Notes under the pieces: model-generated | The model's input: only the letters and a program-made list of their open reading frames with translations | What the model was told of the DNA's origin: nothing | Databases searched by the model: none | Virus record (IMG/VR): IMGVR_UViG_3300013307_000673 | Strand: one strand, 5' to 3' | Length of the DNA stretch: 64,000 nucleotides | Source: a virus | Lineage: Duplodnaviria > Heunggongvirae > Uroviricota > Caudoviricetes | In this document: in pieces, positions 55,194-62,843 of the stretch | Position numbering within the stretch: position 1 is the first letter of the stretch | Layout: the number at the start of each line of letters is the position of its first letter | Translations under genes and position numbers: made by a program

Positions 55194-55585
55194 GCCTGAG
55201 CCTCTTTTTTAGTCAGTGATTCTTTCCATGCTTTGTGATTTGCTTCAATAATAGCAATACCGCGATTCAATGCATTTTCCATATGCGAAATAACATCTGC
55301 AGGAATACCAGACTCTCTCATTTCAGCAATAAACGCATTGGTATGCGCTTTCAGATCGAGAGCGTCCTCACGTGAGGCCATAGCATTGTCATTCACTTCA
55401 AACGATTTAGCTTCAGCTTTATTGTAAAGCTCCATAACTCTTACCGCAAGCCATGACATAAAGCCAGCATGACGATAGCTCACATTGCGGCACAGCATAC
55501 CTGATACATAGCTATCTTTTCTAAACTTAATGCGGTCAATCACATCCACATCAACGTTAATGTCACTGATTTCAATCATATCCAT
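55190..55585 (-). CDS. Hypothetical protein, 131 aa.
   Basis: Complete ORF. Terminator 55660-55700 follows on the minus strand. Confidence 0.5.
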   Translation of the reverse strand: MDMIEISDINVDVDVIDRIKFRKDSYVSGMLCRNVSYRHAGFMSWLAVRVMELYNKAEAKSFEVNDNAMASREDALDLKAHTNAFIAEMRESGIPADVISHMENALNRGIAIIEANHKAWKESLTKKEAQA

Positions 55586-55704
55586 TTAGCTTTCGCCTTC
55601 TTTTCTGATTAGAGTAGATAGCCATTATACAACAAAGCACGATCATGCACAACCTTTTCATAGCCATAGAAAATCCCCGCCGAGGCGAGGAGTTATTTTA
55701 GGTA

Positions 55705-56028
55705 TTAAATACAGTAGTGGTCAGCAAGGGCCACTCCCCACACAGTAGAGCAGACATCACAATCCAGACACTTCATCTTAGGTGCTATATTCTGACTGTC
55801 TCCCTGGTAATGGCCTCTTATTTTGATTCGATACACTTCAATATTTTTACCCTGGCATAATGGACAGGAAAGACTTGAGGCTTTTATGCGAATCTTAAGA
55901 TTTTTGGGATTGAGCGAAAAGTTTGTCATATTAAACTTTTTCGCAAAAGCAAGCGCCTCTTCATCGGTCAGGGTTTTCTTAGCTGCTTCAAGATATTTTT
56001 CAGAAATCAAATCATCGTTATCGTTCAT
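55705..56028 (-). CDS. Small zinc-finger protein, about 107 aa (CPLCQG...CLDCDVC).
   Basis: Two CxxC pairs. Start moved to the ATG at 56028 (MNDNDD). The tabled start has no ATG or RBS. Confidence 0.45.
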   Translation of the reverse strand: MNDNDDLISEKYLEAAKKTLTDEEALAFAKKFNMTNFSLNPKNLKIRIKASSLSCPLCQGKNIEVYRIKIRGHYQGDSQNIAPKMKCLDCDVCSTVWGVALADHYCI

Positions 56029-56048
56029 ATTATTCTCGCACCTTTTTA

Positions 56049-56267
56049 TTAATGCATCACATTCATACCCACTGTATGACAAATACAGGAGCACAGCTTT
56101 ATTTTTTGAAATCCCTTCTGGATTACCTTTTTACTTTCTGTGTCCTCAATGATCTTATAGGCATTCTTACCATAAATCGCATCAAGACCTTCTTTATTTA
56201 AAGTCCCGTCTACATTGAGATACTTTTGATAACACATACTGCAGCACGGCATAACCATTTTAACCAC
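56049..56267 (-). CDS. Cys-rich zinc-ribbon family protein, paralog 3 (72 aa, GTG start).
   Basis: N-terminal CC, EGLDAIYGKNAY, and C-terminal CSCICHTVGMNVMH, shared with the two upstream paralogs. Confidence 0.5.
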   Translation of the reverse strand: MVKMVMPCCSMCYQKYLNVDGTLNKEGLDAIYGKNAYKIIEDTESKKVIQKGFQKIKLCSCICHTVGMNVMH

Positions 56268-56271
56268 CTAT

Positions 56272-56607
56272 TTAATGAATAATATTTAAGCCGATAACAT
56301 GACAATCGCAACCGCAAAGCTCATGCTCAACGTTATCTACGATCACCTTATAAATATAATCAAACTCTCTATCAATATCTTTGATTAAATGAATGGCATT
56401 TCCTTGTAGCGTTTTGATGCCACCATCAACAAAAATATATTTTCCTTCACCAAAGATGAAATCCATTGCTTCTTTTTTGGAGTAAGGCACTTTCTCAGTT
56501 AAGGCCTGATAGTTTCCTTTTCCAAAAATTTTATCCAGCCCTTCTTCAGAAAGCTCTTTATTTTCAGCTATATATTTCATACCTGATAAATCACAACATT
56601 CTCTCAT
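56272..56607 (-). CDS. Cys-rich zinc-ribbon family protein, paralog 2 (111 aa).
   Basis: N-terminal CC, EGLDKIFGKGNY, and C-terminal CGCDCHVIGLNIIH. Confidence 0.55.
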   Translation of the reverse strand: MRECCDLSGMKYIAENKELSEEGLDKIFGKGNYQALTEKVPYSKKEAMDFIFGEGKYIFVDGGIKTLQGNAIHLIKDIDREFDYIYKVIVDNVEHELCGCDCHVIGLNIIH

Positions 56608-56622
56608 TCTTATTTTCTCTTC

Positions 56623-57000
56623 TTAGTGATCCATATTACAGCCTATAACATGACAATCGCAATCGCAAAGTGTAATTTCTTTATCCTGAGTTTTAACTTT
56701 GTAAGTATAGATATACTTTCTTTCAAAAATCTCTCTTTGAAAATGTTTTATATCCACCATTAAAACCTCACCTTGCCGCATTACAACCTGTCTCACCAGA
56801 ATTCCATTTGGTGTTTTTCTTAAATATTCAAAACCTTCACCGAACCATTTATCCACAGTCTCTTTATAGTTCTGAAATTTTTTTTCGATAGTTAACTCGT
56901 AGTTATCTTCTCCAAAGATTTTATCTAACGCTTCTCTGGAGAGATCGCCTTCTTCAATAATATAATGACCGTAATTTTTTTCACAACAAGAATCAACCAT
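56623..57000 (-). CDS. Cys-rich zinc-ribbon family protein, paralog 1 (about 125 aa, start at MVDSCCEKNY).
   Basis: AAGGA RBS before the ATG at 57000. Contains CC, EALDKIFGEDNY, and C-terminal CDCDCHVIGCNMDH. Confidence 0.55.
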   Translation of the reverse strand: MVDSCCEKNYGHYIIEEGDLSREALDKIFGEDNYELTIEKKFQNYKETVDKWFGEGFEYLRKTPNGILVRQVVMRQGEVLMVDIKHFQREIFERKYIYTYKVKTQDKEITLCDCDCHVIGCNMDH

Positions 57001-57100
57001 AATAAAATCCTTATCCAATAATAAGTTTTCATTATAACCTGCAAAAACCACAAAAACAAAAAAAAGCACTCTTGCGAATGCTTCTTTTTTAACTCACATC

Positions 57101-57907
57101 TTAACTATTATGGACAGCAAACGCCCGGTTGAAAAGCTCATCATGCTCAGCACTTAGTTCCTCATCTAACCAGAAAGGACGATAGCCTTTTCCTTCCTCT
57201 TCAAGCACCACATTCAGGGCGCGGATGTGGTCAAGATACTCTTCCATACAATGAGCAAAGACTTTACGAATATTTGGATTGTTCTCTTGTGTCGGATCAG
57301 AAAGCATACGTTTATACTTATCCATGCCTTCCAGATAGAATTTTGATGTAGTGCAGCTCATCTTCATTTTACGACCAAAGCCAAACGCATAGTTGCGGCT
57401 CGTCGCATAGCCGATATGATCACCTGTCCGGTGAGGAGCAACACCACCCGTTTTGATTTCTCCTTTCTCAGTATAGAACACTACTGATGGATTCGCTTTT
57501 ACCAGAGGATTATTCACATCCGCAAAGCCAAAGAATAAATAAGAACGCAGACCCTCAATCAGAGCTGGGACCTCAAGGAACATGACCTCTGAAATGATAT
57601 TGCTATTCGAGAGATCACTGAAAACGCGAAGCTGATTGTTTCTCATTAAATCGTTCAGACTTTGTGAGTTTAAAAACGCCAGTTCTGGCTCGCCGTAGAA
57701 GCGATCTGATTCTGGTAAAATAATCTCTTCGGAAAAATGAATGCTTTTGATGCTATCATCACTGTTTCCAGTAATCGTTAAAAATCCTTTCGCACAATCA
57801 GGAATAGACAGCGCCGAAGTAAAATGGCCTATAATAACCGTTTTGCTCTGTTTTAACACAGCAGGATCAACAAAGAATAGCTCAACTTGCTTTTCGATTT
57901 TCATCAT
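57101..57907 (-). CDS. Hypothetical protein, 268 aa.
   Basis: Complete ORF. Terminator 57060-57090 downstream. Confidence 0.55.
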   Translation of the reverse strand: MMKIEKQVELFFVDPAVLKQSKTVIIGHFTSALSIPDCAKGFLTITGNSDDSIKSIHFSEEIILPESDRFYGEPELAFLNSQSLNDLMRNNQLRVFSDLSNSNIISEVMFLEVPALIEGLRSYLFFGFADVNNPLVKANPSVVFYTEKGEIKTGGVAPHRTGDHIGYATSRNYAFGFGRKMKMSCTTSKFYLEGMDKYKRMLSDPTQENNPNIRKVFAHCMEEYLDHIRALNVVLEEEGKGYRPFWLDEELSAEHDELFNRAFAVHNS

Positions 57908-57968
57908 AGATATCCAGTAGTAGAGTAGAAGGCTATTTTACTTCAATAGCCTTTCATGCACAACACTT

Positions 57969-58286
57969 TTAAACTGTTTTTTCTTCATCAATCCAGCTTA
58001 GCCCATCCTCAGCATTCACGCCATCAATAAGAGCTTTGAGGAACTTATCTTCCTTCTCCTTTGAATCCGCATTGCAAGGCCATTCCATTCCAGTCAGCTT
58101 CTGTGCAAGAATCTCCTGGAACATCTCACGTTCAGCAGTATCAATACCATTGATTTCAATCATGCTTTGCTTCACGTATGTTCCATCCAGAAGCGTGTTT
58201 AAAAAACCTTCGGTCGCACGAACACCAATTTTAGCAAGACGGTTATTCAGATCAGCAATCAGTTTGGCAGGCAGTTTTTCGCTCAT
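57969..58286 (-). CDS. Hypothetical protein, 105 aa. Paralog of 58364..58669.
   Basis: Shares ...(L/I)TGM(E/K)WP...D(S/T)KEK...F(L/F)(K/T)ALI..V.(A/E)(E/D) with its neighbour. Confidence 0.5.
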   Translation of the reverse strand: MSEKLPAKLIADLNNRLAKIGVRATEGFLNTLLDGTYVKQSMIEINGIDTAEREMFQEILAQKLTGMEWPCNADSKEKEDKFLKALIDGVNAEDGLSWIDEEKTV

Positions 58287-58363
58287 TGTTTACTCTCTTA
58301 TTGGTAGCTTTTAAAATTAAACTGAAAGTATCTTTCAGTCATAAGAACGACTCATTATTATGC

Positions 58364-58669
58364 TTAGTTAATCCAGATCAAGTCTTTATCTTCATCTACA
58401 GCCTTAATTAAAGCAGTGAAGAACACTTCCGCTTTTTCTTTGGTATCTTTATCGGAAGGCCATTTCATCCCGGTAATCTTTTCAGCAATCGCATTACAGA
58501 ACACACCTGCGCTATACGCATCCATCATGGTTTTCTTAACACCTTCTTCAGAAAACAGGCCGTTAATGTAATCTGGTGTGGCGCGAAAATGCAATACTTT
58601 AAGCTGACTATTAAGATTATCAATCAGTTCGTTAGACAGGGCAGCATTCATCATCGATTCTCTTTTCAT
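58364..58669 (-). CDS. Hypothetical protein, 101 aa. Paralog of 57969..58286.
   Basis: Tandem paralog pair. The antisense ORF 58036..58314 is rejected. Confidence 0.5.
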   Translation of the reverse strand: MKRESMMNAALSNELIDNLNSQLKVLHFRATPDYINGLFSEEGVKKTMMDAYSAGVFCNAIAEKITGMKWPSDKDTKEKAEVFFTALIKAVDEDKDLIWIN

Positions 58670-58796
58670 TGGAGCGGATTAAGCCTTACACTTTCTGCAT
58701 CGCTCAGCAATTCAGGATAATATGACAACATTGTAGCATAGACAAAAATAAAAAGGCACCTTTTAAAGTGCCTTTATGGTGATATTTTATGTTTTA

Positions 58797-59213
58797 TTAC
58801 TCATTTTCGTCATCATCAGGAGAATCGATAGCTTCTTTTGCCCCTTCTGGCACATTGTTTTCAATTACTTGGAAGCAAGACAGTGGAGGAACAACATAGG
58901 TTCTGCTTCCTTCTGCTATTCTTGGATCTATAAGTGAACACATACCACCCAGCGTAGAGAACGCATAGCCACCTTTATCCAGCTTAAAGATATCAATATC
59001 ACCAATCGCATCACCAGAGCGCTTAATCACGCTCAGCAGCGCATAGGCTTCTTCAGAGATAGCCACATGACCAGTATCGCCAATAACGTAGCCAAGATTG
59101 CCGGGCTTATCGTAAGGACTGGTAACCATATCATTACTGTCTTCCGTTTTATATTCCACCACGAGAATATCGTTATAGGCTGTTACTTCCGCGTAAATCT
59201 CTTTATTTGTCAT
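58797..59213 (-). CDS. Hypothetical protein, 138 aa.
   Basis: Complete ORF. Terminator 58745-58790 downstream. Confidence 0.5.
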   Translation of the reverse strand: MTNKEIYAEVTAYNDILVVEYKTEDSNDMVTSPYDKPGNLGYVIGDTGHVAISEEAYALLSVIKRSGDAIGDIDIFKLDKGGYAFSTLGGMCSLIDPRIAEGSRTYVVPPLSCFQVIENNVPEGAKEAIDSPDDDENE

Positions 59214-59322
59214 TTCTTTTCCTCAGTTAATATTGCATTTATTTTATCACATCCCGCATACCACGTACAAGGAAATCATTATTCTAAACATAAAAAAAGA
59301 GCGCCCGGAGGCACTCTCATTT

Positions 59323-59574
59323 TTAACTACTGCTTATATCGTATTCTTCTTGTGTATGGATCACATCACCTTGATAACGCACCTCAAGTGTTGCCGTTAA
59401 TATTCGATCAGTGAAAGAACCATAACCATGTGTCATTTCTGATTCAAAACGCAACCTAACATCGATATCACTTAAAACACTTTCCAGATCAGCATCTTCG
59501 GAAAGGAATGGCTGAACTATATCTAATAAACGCATAATATTTTCCTCATAGAATTGAATTTTAATGGGATTCAT
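59323..59574 (-). CDS. Hypothetical protein, 83 aa.
   Basis: Complete ORF. Terminator 59291-59320 downstream. Confidence 0.45.
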   Translation of the reverse strand: MNPIKIQFYEENIMRLLDIVQPFLSEDADLESVLSDIDVRLRFESEMTHGYGSFTDRILTATLEVRYQGDVIHTQEEYDISSS

Positions 59575-59595
59575 TCATATGAAAAAATACTACTT

Positions 59596-59683
59596 TGGTG
59601 TCTCAAGAGGGATTTGAACCCTCACGCCCATTACAGGCACTGGCATCTTAAACCAGCGTGTCTACCTATTCCACCATCAAGAC
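59596..59683 (-). tRNA. tRNA-Leu-like type II tRNA with a non-canonical anticodon loop (TTAAGAT, anticodon AAG; or a 9-nt loop).
   Basis: GTCTTGATGGTGGAATAGGTAGACACGCTGGTTTAAGATGCCAGTGCC...GAGGGTTCAAATCCCTCTTGAGACACCA. The D-arm is nearly identical to tRNA-Leu(TAA). A34 is unusual. Confidence 0.45.
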
Positions 59684-59859
59684 ATAATGGCAATTTTCGC
59701 CACATCCAAGCCGCTTTACAACGACCGGAACAGGCTAGCTGCGTGGAGAGTGTGTCTACCATAATATCAGTAGCAGTGACCTCAGTTTAGCTCGCCAAGC
59801 CAAACTCCAGAATACGCCGCAGACTTCCAGTATTACCTGCAGATAATAACTGGCATTCT

Positions 59860-59936
59860 TGGTGTTCAGTACTGGATTCGAACCAGTGTCGATAGAAATG
59901 CGATCCTACCCGATATACCACTAATCTCAACTAAAC
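59860..59936 (-). tRNA. Aberrant tRNA-like gene. Acceptor and T-arm are good, but the anticodon stem GGTAG/CTATC encloses a 10-nt loop (GATCGCATTT) and the D-stem is weak.
   Basis: GTTTAGTTGAGATTAGTGGTATATCGGGTAGGATCGCATTTCTATCGACACTGGTTCGAATCCAGTACTGAACACCA. Confidence 0.35.
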
Positions 59937-60004
59937 AGTAGCCTGCTAGTTCCCGCTCATCTGGAACTCTTCTCCCGAAGGCTGAGAGCACTATTTAACA
60001 GGCT

Positions 60005-60080
60005 TGGTGGAAGTTATCGGATTCGAACCGATCCAGATGCTTGAGTTACAAACAGAGCTGTCAAACCAGAGTTGACTCCC
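60005..60080 (-). tRNA. Aberrant tRNA-like gene. Acceptor and T-arm are good, the D-stem has 3 bp, and the anticodon arm TGTTT/AAGCA has loop GTAACTC (or a 6-bp stem with a 5-nt loop).
   Basis: GGGAGTCAACTCTGGTTTGACAGCTCTGTTTGTAACTCAAGCATCTGGATCGGTTCGAATCCGATAACTTCCACCA. Confidence 0.35.
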
Positions 60081-60128
60081 ATATTACAGCATTGAGGCTG
60101 TATTTTTCATTTAACAGCTTACAAACTG

Positions 60129-60317
60129 TTAACGGCAAATAACCTGAATAATGCCATTACCGTTTTCTCTCAGTGTATCCGTTGGCTCTCCGCCATGCTT
60201 GATACAACGACCATGATACTCTGAGATTTCATTTTGAGACAGAGGCTCTTGCCTCATAACTACACACATCAGCAAAGCCAGAATAATAATAAAAACAGGA
60301 ACACTATATTTTGCCAT
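60129..60317 (-). CDS. Small secreted protein, 62 aa, with signal peptide.
   Basis: MAKYSVPVFIIILALLMCVV hydrophobic N-terminus. GAGGCGAATAAAA RBS. Confidence 0.4.
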   Translation of the reverse strand: MAKYSVPVFIIILALLMCVVMRQEPLSQNEISEYHGRCIKHGGEPTDTLRENGNGIIQVICR

Positions 60318-60347
60318 TTTTATTCGCCTCTTTGCTTATTAAATTAG

Positions 60348-60422
60348 CACCGCTGCAGGGACTCGAACCCTATCCGTCAACATCGCCGCCGGGCGACAAA
60401 TCACGGGATTACTCCCACCGAT
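60348..60422 (-). tRNA. Possible degenerate tRNA-like element. It has a T-arm, an acceptor with one G-G mismatch, and a tight TCGCC-CGGC-GGCGA hairpin at the anticodon position.
   Basis: ATCGGTGGGAGTAATCCCGTGATTTGTCGCCCGGCGGCGATGTTGACGGATAGGGTTCGAGTCCCTGCAGCGGTG. Weakest of the tRNA-like calls. Confidence 0.2.
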
Positions 60423-60552
60423 TATAGTAGATGCCTCTACTTGACTTTAACGCTTGCTTTTCAGCAAATCCAATCCATACTCATTGGTTACTTATGTACA
60501 ATTTTCGCCAATTTTCTTTTGCGTCTTACTCGGAGTCGAACCGAGAAGCGGT

Positions 60553-60628
60553 TGGTGCATTCAGCAGGACTTGAACCTGCGACACCCGGATTTTCAATCC
60601 AGTGCTCTACCAACTGAGCTACAAATGC
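60553..60628 (-). tRNA. tRNA-Phe (anticodon GAA), copy 2 (anticodon loop TTGAAAA).
   Basis: GCATTTGTAGCTCAGTTGGTAGAGCACTGGATTGAAAATCCGGGTGTCGCAGGTTCAAGTCCTGCTGAATGCACCA. Confidence 0.75.
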
Positions 60629-60637
60629 ATTAAAACA

Positions 60638-60666
60638 ATCATACCCTATTCAAACCTGAAGTACAA
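60638..60666 (-). promoter_or_regulatory. Conserved tRNA promoter (TTGTAC-N17-TATGAT) upstream of tRNA-Phe copy 2.
   Basis: The -35 element lies within GGTTGTACTTCAGG with 17-nt spacing. The -10 element ends 10 nt before the tRNA 5' end. Confidence 0.55.
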
Positions 60667-60815
60667 CCATTTTTTATTGGTTCACGCGACGGGTCTTGCT
60701 CCCGCAGCCTACTTTACAGATACTCAGCCGTATACAGCCTTTTTCCAACCTGACGTGTTTTGCGGGGCGTTTCCCCTTCATAGTCAGGTGACGTTCTACT
60801 ATTGAACTACGCGTG

Positions 60816-60897
60816 TGGTGCATAAGAAAGGACTCGAACCTTTACACAATTTCATGGTCAAACCATGTATCCGCTCTACCAACTGAGCTACTTATGC
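60816..60897 (-). tRNA. Aberrant tRNA-like gene. Acceptor, D-arm and T-arm are canonical, but the anticodon region is a CATGG-TTTGA-CCATG hairpin plus 11 extra nt (possible TTG/Gln-like loop GTTTGAC).
   Basis: GCATAAGTAGCTCAGTTGGTAGAGCGGATACATGGTTTGACCATGAAATTGTGTAAAGGTTCGAGTCCTTTCTTATGCACCA. Confidence 0.35.
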
Positions 60898-60906
60898 AGT
60901 AAAAAG

Positions 60907-60935
60907 AGTATACCTAACTTCTTTCTTAAGTACAA
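60907..60935 (-). promoter_or_regulatory. Conserved tRNA promoter (TTGTAC-N17-TATACT) upstream of the 60816..60897 tRNA-like gene.
   Basis: GAGTTGTACTTAAG -35 block with 17-nt spacing. Confidence 0.5.
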
Positions 60936-60957
60936 CTCTTTTTTTACTTTTTATTTC

Positions 60958-61248
60958 TTACTTTTCCTGAACATAAATAATACGTCTCTCACTTTCAGGC
61001 ACGTTCAAATATACACCACGATCCACATCCGCCCAATACTCAAGTTCCTTTTTGCCAATAAACTGATAGCGGCGCTCCTGAAAAACAGGCTTACTCATCA
61101 GGTTAATTGAAGCTAGCGCAATCTCGTAAAGACGTAAGGATGCCAAAGCTGAAACATCATCAGGATTATTTTCGACCAAACGCTTTGCTGGCTCAATATA
61201 TTTTTGCGCCCACTCAAGCAAGAACTCTTTACCATCAACTTTTACCAT
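60958..61248 (-). CDS. Hypothetical protein, 96 aa.
   Basis: Complete ORF with AAGGAG RBS. The overlapping plus-strand ORF 60865..61110 is rejected. Confidence 0.5.
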   Translation of the reverse strand: MVKVDGKEFLLEWAQKYIEPAKRLVENNPDDVSALASLRLYEIALASINLMSKPVFQERRYQFIGKKELEYWADVDRGVYLNVPESERRIIYVQEK

Positions 61249-61341
61249 AACTTACTCCTTATGTGTCTCATTAGTTGAAAACAACAGCGATGCTTTTACT
61301 TTATAATTTACAACACCAGCCCGAAGACTGGTGTCATAACA

Positions 61342-61524
61342 CTACGAATCACCATAGTTGGAAACAACCAGACCTTGCGTTATCTCTAACATTTCCACTT
61401 CCTCTGCAGGATCATAGTTATAATACTGCTCCATTAACTTCCTTGCAGCAACCTCATCCTTTTCAACAACCATGATTACACCAAAATGACCCAAATCCAT
61501 AACAAACATCTTTAACTCGTTCAT
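61342..61524 (-). CDS. Hypothetical acidic protein, 60 aa.
   Basis: Complete ORF with RBS. The opposing His/Pro/Gln-rich ORF 61275..61475 looks spurious. Confidence 0.4.
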   Translation of the reverse strand: MNELKMFVMDLGHFGVIMVVEKDEVAARKLMEQYYNYDPAEEVEMLEITQGLVVSNYGDS

Positions 61525-61603
61525 GAATATCCCCTATGTTAACATTAACTTGCCGCCATAGGATGATTCAACGAAGCCATCATATCAAAGACCAAAATGA
61601 CAT

Positions 61604-62011
61604 TCAAGTATTAGGACGAATCATTTTACCAATACATTGATCTTCTTCAATATATTCTACAATATCACGACTATCAGACAGCGCCGATACAGAACTTCCC
61701 GGATATTTATTGAAATCCTCAAAGTCCAAATCCATATAGCCTTTAAGACAGCAGTCATAATCAGAGTTCTCAACTGATGCGAAAAACATCTGAATATCCA
61801 TTTCATTTGCCATTTCCTGAACGATTTCACGACCTTCGCTTAGGCGAATCTCTTCAGATCTATAAACCTCAAAATAAGGAATCCCATCCTCAAGAGGCAG
61901 ATGACCAACATTAAGGCCTGTCATTATTTTCAGACCGTGCTTTTCTAGGACTTTCTTGAAACTTTTTTCAAGCTGCTCTGCGTTTTGAGTATACATAAAT
62001 TTCTCTTTCAT
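61604..62011 (-). CDS. Hypothetical protein, 135 aa.
   Basis: Complete ORF. Confidence 0.5.
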   Translation of the reverse strand: MKEKFMYTQNAEQLEKSFKKVLEKHGLKIMTGLNVGHLPLEDGIPYFEVYRSEEIRLSEGREIVQEMANEMDIQMFFASVENSDYDCCLKGYMDLDFEDFNKYPGSSVSALSDSRDIVEYIEEDQCIGKMIRPNT

Positions 62012-62068
62012 TAAAGTTAGAGCACATTATACCTTTTTGCTCAGAGCAATACAAGAAATAAAGACAAC

Positions 62069-62668
62069 TTACAAGCCTATATTACAGTTAACATGGTTCC
62101 GCCATGACTGATTTAACAGGAACGCACCTACAGAAACAAATCGTGTTTGTTGCTTATAATAAAACTTGGAATAATCACCATGCCTGTCATACTCATGACC
62201 TTCAAAATACGTTAAGCCACTCCATATCTTTTTATGATTATCCAAACAGTATTCATCCTCAATGTATTTACACCTGTAGCCAAACTCCTTCGACCTCTCC
62301 CGATAACTTTGAGCCTGAACTGCTTTTAGCTCACCCGCTATCCATTGACGCAATAAACCTTTCTCACTAAGAAAAGCGGTCCATGCATCGAACGGCTTAA
62401 ACTGATCAGACATAATCGCCCCATAGATATCCAGCTCATAGAGATTACCTATGTGATTTATACGCAGTGCTTCACGTTCACCTATCATAGCGTCAATAAT
62501 TGATGCCGTTGACCCATTTTCAATCAAACGAACAGATGAACCATTATAACCTACGTCTTTAAGGGTGTCTTTTTTGGCAGAAAGAATGTCATAGGAGCGA
62601 GAAACTAAAGAGAAAGCATCATCAGCTTTACTGATAAATAAACAGAAGTAAGAATAGTTTTTTGACAT
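62069..62668 (-). CDS. Hypothetical protein, 199 aa.
   Basis: Complete ORF. The antisense ORF 62104..62370 is rejected. Confidence 0.5.
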   Translation of the reverse strand: MSKNYSYFCLFISKADDAFSLVSRSYDILSAKKDTLKDVGYNGSSVRLIENGSTASIIDAMIGEREALRINHIGNLYELDIYGAIMSDQFKPFDAWTAFLSEKGLLRQWIAGELKAVQAQSYRERSKEFGYRCKYIEDEYCLDNHKKIWSGLTYFEGHEYDRHGDYSKFYYKQQTRFVSVGAFLLNQSWRNHVNCNIGL

Positions 62669-62843
62669 AATAATACCCCAAGTTGATAGTTAATAAAAAG
62701 ATGTTGCCTCTTTTAACGACTTGGCGTATTTAACAGTATACTAATAATCTGAACAAGCCTGATCATCTGCCTTATAATAACATAACAAATATTTGATTGC
62801 TATTAAATTATAGAATATTGTTAAAGCTAAAAGGAGGGCATTA

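Noticed and set aside
59554-59790. 78-aa plus-strand ORF.
   Set aside because: Overlaps the Leu-like tRNA on the opposite strand. The ORFs 60602..60805 and 60865..61110 also overlap tRNA genes and are rejected for the same reason.
60521-60552. Isolated T-arm-like sequence (CTCGGTTCGACTCCGAG) immediately 3' of tRNA-Phe copy 2.
   Set aside because: Any full tRNA using it would have to overlap the Phe gene. Probably a fragment left by duplication, not a gene.
61275-61475. 66-aa plus-strand His/Pro/Gln-rich ORF.
   Set aside because: Opposes a minus-strand ORF (61342..61524) that fits the local gene orientation and has an RBS. Its composition looks like noise.
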